Of a stretch of DNA of 64,000 bases, positions 59,657-64,000 are shown piece by piece. Each line of letters opens with the position of its first letter. The first letter of the stretch is position 1. Under the pieces are notes generated by a model. That model was not told the DNA's origin. It saw only the letters and a program-made list of their open reading frames with translations, and searched no databases. This stretch comes from Scyliorhinus canicula (taxonomy: Eukaryota), in contig NC_052158.1 in assembly GCF_902713615.1 (NCBI RefSeq), positions 64,819,791 to 64,883,790 of the forward strand. The letters are read 5' to 3'. Made by a program: the position numbers and the translations under genes.

Positions 59657-62427
59657 GATTGAGGTTACAAAATGTGACACTGGTTGATGCAATCCTGCGA
59701 TGTTCTCTTCAAATTACTCAGCAGTTTACTGATTCACTTGGTCAGATGTGTGGGGACTTGTTTGATCTCAGGATCATAACGCAGCCAGCCTATTGAGGGG
59801 CACAACTTCACACTTCAAAAACATTGAACAACAACTGAAGCAGTATAAAACCAATAAGTAATGACATTACAAGACATGATTTTATATTTTGTAGAGTTTG
59901 GTTGAAGAACTGAGTCCAGGATCTAGGAAGGTGCAGTGTTTCACAGCACTCATCTTCATCCTTTTAACATAACACTGGTTTCATAGGACAGTTACAAGAT
60001 GGGGATTATGGACAGGGTCATACTTGTCAATTTGATACAGTTATAGACCAAACATAAGACGGCAATGTGTCTTGTAAATAAGTGGGCAGAATGAAAAATG
60101 GAATAGTTTATTAACTTTCAATCAAATGAAGAGCAGATATCTGCTCCCCTGCGTAGTCACAATATCATCAACATGTTTTTTGTATATATTTTAAATATTT
60201 CCATATTCAGTCTGTGGACAAGTGGCTATTTTTCTTCAATTTGTACTTACTTATTTTCATGGATTTGGGCCTCCTGTAATGTTGGTCACTGCCAACACAA
60301 TGCACACCAGTTTTGTCCAGTGTGGAACATCAATACAGTACACACACACTCGCTGGCTGATAAACCGCAGGGGTATCCAAAACCCTCACTGAGCCAATAC
60401 CAGAAAACAATGCTGCTGTCAAACACTGCTTATCGCACCCAACTCGACATGGCAGCGCAGTCTCTTCCAAAATGGCTCTCTTCCCCCTCCCCCCGCCCCC
60501 ACTAAAGCCACATACATGCCATTCTCAGTCATATGCATCCTTTCCTCAGGCACACAACCCATTTACCTCAACCTGACTAATACTCTCGTACGTTTGCCCA
60601 TTGTTATCTGCCTTCCCTCAAACAATACATTCCCAATGTTACCTGTCCTTCCAACAGTTTGCCTAGATGTGTTTAGTCATTTCCTCTCCCCAATAAGTGT
60701 ACATTAATCTACTAGCTGTTGCAAACAGATTACATTCCTTCCTCCTCCCCCCCCCCCCCCCCCCACCAATTCTATAGAGACACACAAAGTCTTCCTATGC
60801 GATTCATACTCTTACTGTGAGCAGGTAAAACTCACACCGTCACCTGGGGTTTCCAACTGTGATTCATGTTTGCCAGCACATCATTGAACTGTGTCTCAAA
60901 TCCCTTCCCTCCTCTATCAGGCACTCACGCGCTGATCGGGAAGAGTGAATAGAGCCATTAACCACTAATCATTCCCTGCAGGACAACAACCATATCGCCC
61001 ACTCCCAGTGTGCACCATTCTACTCTGCACCCATCCTATTTTGTGATGGAAAATTCCTTTTATGTTCTTTATTGCTGGTGATGGGGGTGTTTAAACCTAG
61101 GAACTGTGCTTCAACCCAATAGCCTCTCATGCACACCCTCCTTCACCCACATCATGTGATGGTCAGAGGCTCGGGTGGATCCCGAACCACTCTCGCTGTG
61201 TGGGTTCCTGTGTAGGGTCTCACCGAGCTTACCACGAAGAATCCTGGATCTATACAAATAAAACCTCTACTGGTCTTGCTGTCTGGAGCTCTAGATCCTG
61301 GAATATCTGATGCAATCACTCAAGCTTTAACCATCACATACATACACAACAAAACGATGAGCAGGATCTAAAAGAAATTCAGGAACTGCGTAGAATTCCT
61401 TGAAAATGATGTGCTTATACCCAGCGTCAATGGCTCTCAACACTGCATGGCAATACAGAGCTGTGTAGAATCCCTCAGAGCTAATCCTGCTGTCAAGGAA
61501 CTTAAACATATCGCTCCCTTTAGTTTAATGTTAGGGGCTCCATGGATTATGGATCAGGACTCATTCCTTCTGCCGAATAGTCCGATTTGTCTTGGGGGGG
61601 GGGGGGGGGGGGGGGTTCCCTAAAGCATTTGTTCAGTAACTATGTTTACCTTCTCGGAATGGTGTGCTTCAACTGTCAAAACAATTATTCCACAGTAAGC
61701 CCTGTGCCTCAAAGAGCAGAGTGAAGGACACTCGGGGGTTTCTCACCTCCGATATTTGACCCACCGGGTGAACACCAGACAATGCTGCAAATCTTCCCTG
61801 CCCATATTATGTCTCACAAATTTCAAACACAGGCCGGTAATTTGGGTTGTCTGATGGCGTTAGGGCAATTGAAGATGCATCATAGTGAACAACAGCAAAT
61901 TCCTACCACGTACTTACAGCCTAAATAAGTAACACTACCAAGAGACAAAGTCAAATCTTTTCAGACGACAGTTGGTCTTATCCCATTTCCTGTTTCCCCA
62001 GCGTTTGGTCTTGTCGCATGGCCTTGGTGGGGGAATGCTTCCTCCTGGTATTCACAGTGTTACTCCTGTGAATTTTGGTTACGCCAACTCAATAGCACTA
62101 CCAAGACCAGATGTTGTAGAAAATAAAGAGTAATATTGCTTGACACAGTCAGCTCAAGCATAGAACGATGGGTATTTATTAACAAAAGAAAATCACATTC
62201 AGTGTTCTCTGGTCCAGTAAAAAGGGTTCTTCTTTTGGGAATCAAAAAGTATTAAGAAATGAGTGTGGATCTCAAAATCTCTTCACAGGTTTCTTCAGTG
62301 GCCTTAGTAGGTCCAGTAAAAGGTGAAGACATGTATTTTCCGTTGTTCAGGTTGAAGCCAGGTTATCACCATTTCCAACAGGCCAGGTCTTCCAATATTT
62401 GTATAAAATGGTTTTGCGCTCTTCAAG

Positions 62428-62589
62428 TTAATTTCTTTCCTGAACAAAGACAGTTTCCTGAGGGCACAGCCCAGCTTCCTGCAGTGTGATTTCATAGTCC
62501 AAGTGGGAAAGCTTTCTGCGTGGAAAATTGGTAACCAGCTCAAACCGCTCATTTGGATATCCCTTCGACTGGATGTGTTTGACCAGAGC
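62428..62589 (-). CDS. UBXN7: UBX domain-containing protein 7, last coding exon (53 aa + TAA)
   Basis: ttttctgccccag|GCT CTG...AAT TAA. ALVKHIQSKGYPNERFELVTNFPRRKLSHLDYEITLQEAGLCPQETVFVQERN carries the UBX FPR loop and the UBXN7 C-terminus as I recall it. Absent from the ORF track (no ATG). Confidence 0.93.
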   Translation of the reverse strand, partial: ALVKHIQSKGYPNERFELVTNFPRRKLSHLDYEITLQEAGLCPQETVFVQERN

Positions 62590-62725
62590 CTGGGGCAGAA
62601 AAATAGAAAAATAGGGTTACAGAGCTTCAGGAGAACCTTGCAGCCACAGTGCAGCTCTACAGCCAGTCTCTACAAACGTCACTCATAGCTGCTTTGTGCA
62701 AGTTAATCCTGAATTCTACATCATG

Positions 62726-63023
62726 ATGGTGGCACAGTGGTTAGCACTGCTGCCTCACAGTGCCAGGGACACGGGTTTGGTTCCAACCTTGGGTGACTGT
62801 GTGGAGTTTGCACTTTCTCCCCGTGTCTGTGTGGGTTTCCTCCGGGTGCTCTGGTTTCCTCCCACAGTCCAAAGATGTGGTTAGGTGGATTGACCGTGTT
62901 AAAGTTGTCCTTTAGTACCCAAAGATGTGCAGGTTAGGTGCGGATAGGGAGGGGGAGTGGGCCGAGGTAGGTGCTCACTCGATGGGCCAAATGGCCTCCT
63001 TCAGCTCAGTAGGGGTTCTATGA
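62726..63023 (+). mobile_element. HE1-like V-SINE (UBXN7 intron)
   Basis: Head, V-domain, CR1-type tail. Confidence 0.8.
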
Positions 63024-63800
63024 ACTTGATGTCACCCCAAAAGGGCATCTAGTATACCCCTTCCCGATGATGTGTTAGCCGGAAACTCTGTGTAGGGACT
63101 TGGTTACTATATTAGTGTCTACTGTCCTGTAACTCAATGGCTACCCAAAGATGTACAAATGAACGTATAAACACTGTAGTCAACTACATGGCCACTATGT
63201 AACTCTCATCATTGAGCACACAATCAACAATCAAGAGTGATGCTACCATTATGCTACAGGATTGATCATTTTAGTTTTGGTATGGTGTTCTTCACGAAAG
63301 ACTAGAGTTTACCTTTCAGATTAGCTTCATTGTCAAATGAAATTGGCATCACTTTTAAGGAAAAAAGTTGATCTACAATCCCTTACAGCTCCCATTTATC
63401 CCAAATCACAGACTTTCAATGATTGGAATGATTCAACTGAAAGGTTGGGTCAGAGAAGAATGTTTTCATGAAATATTTCATTCATCCAAATCAAAAGTCA
63501 GTTAGTCAGGAGGGTAGGAATTTTGCACTGGGTGCATGAAGAATGAAGTTACAGAGTATTAGATCACCTTCTATAGGTGTGGGCTTGCTCGTTCTTTAAA
63601 AGGAATTCAACCATTACAGACAAGCGATTGGATGACTGCCCAAATGGACTGGGGCTGGGCAGATGATGGTGATAAACACATAATTATCTTTTAATATATG
63701 GCTGTTTAACAGCTATGCCATTAGGGTCCATCCCTCCTCAACTACTGCTGTTTACAAGATGTTGGTCCAAAGAGTTCCGCATATAAAATATTAAAATTAA

Positions 63801-63960
63801 GGTGGCACGGTGGTGCAGTGGTTAGCACTGCTGCCTCATGCCGCCGAAGACCCAGGTCAACCCAAAAAGATGTGCAGGGTAGGTGAATTGGCCACACTAA
63901 ATTGCCCCTTAATTCGAAACTCTAAAATTGAGTATTCTAAATTTAATGTAAAAAATTAAA
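63801..63960 (+). mobile_element. A-tailed V-SINE with internal deletion
   Basis: A-box, V-domain end, gagtattctaaattt tail. Confidence 0.72.
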
Positions 63961-64000
63961 CTTATGACTGCATCAAATCAACAATAATGATAGATAAGAG

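Noticed and set aside
61327-61509. 60-aa minus ORF and the 82-aa ORF at 62304-62552
   Set aside because: The first lies in the probable UBXN7 3'UTR; the second is an alternative frame overlapping the real UBXN7 exon

Overview
Eukaryotic genomic DNA from a cartilaginous fish, probably a catshark. This is inferred from a shark-type MHC class I leader and from the HE1/V-SINE and CR1/L1 repeat families. One 153-N assembly gap is present. Three host genes are visible as spliced exons. (1) The last five coding exons of STK25 (+, 3229-23482). (2) The complete two-exon coding region of sialidase NEU4 (-, 39091-46661, 441 aa). (3) The last coding exon of UBXN7 (-, 62428-62589), which the ORF track misses. 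Most of the rest is dead retroelements: L1-clade LINEs (one nested in another), CR1, Rex1/Babar, L2-like fragments, many tRNA-derived SINEs, two solo LTRs, a Gypsy-like LTR+gag remnant and a MITE. The most unusual observations are four. (a) A CR1-MHC class I-CR1 chimera in which an intronless leader+alpha1 MHC fragment replaces about 290 nt of the CR1 RT, antisense in an STK25 intron. (b) A Gypsy-like LTR whose primer-binding-site position is a perfect 16-nt complement of its own AATAAA region, suggesting self-priming or poly(A) occlusion. (c) A 107-bp near-perfect inverted copy of the NEU4 splice acceptor and start codon 580 bp upstream. (d) One SINE head carrying three different LINE-type tails, one matching the Rex1 3' end in this window. 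Exon and TSD coordinates were read base by base; boundaries of decayed repeats are approximate. Similarities to vertebrate proteins are from memory, not from database searches.
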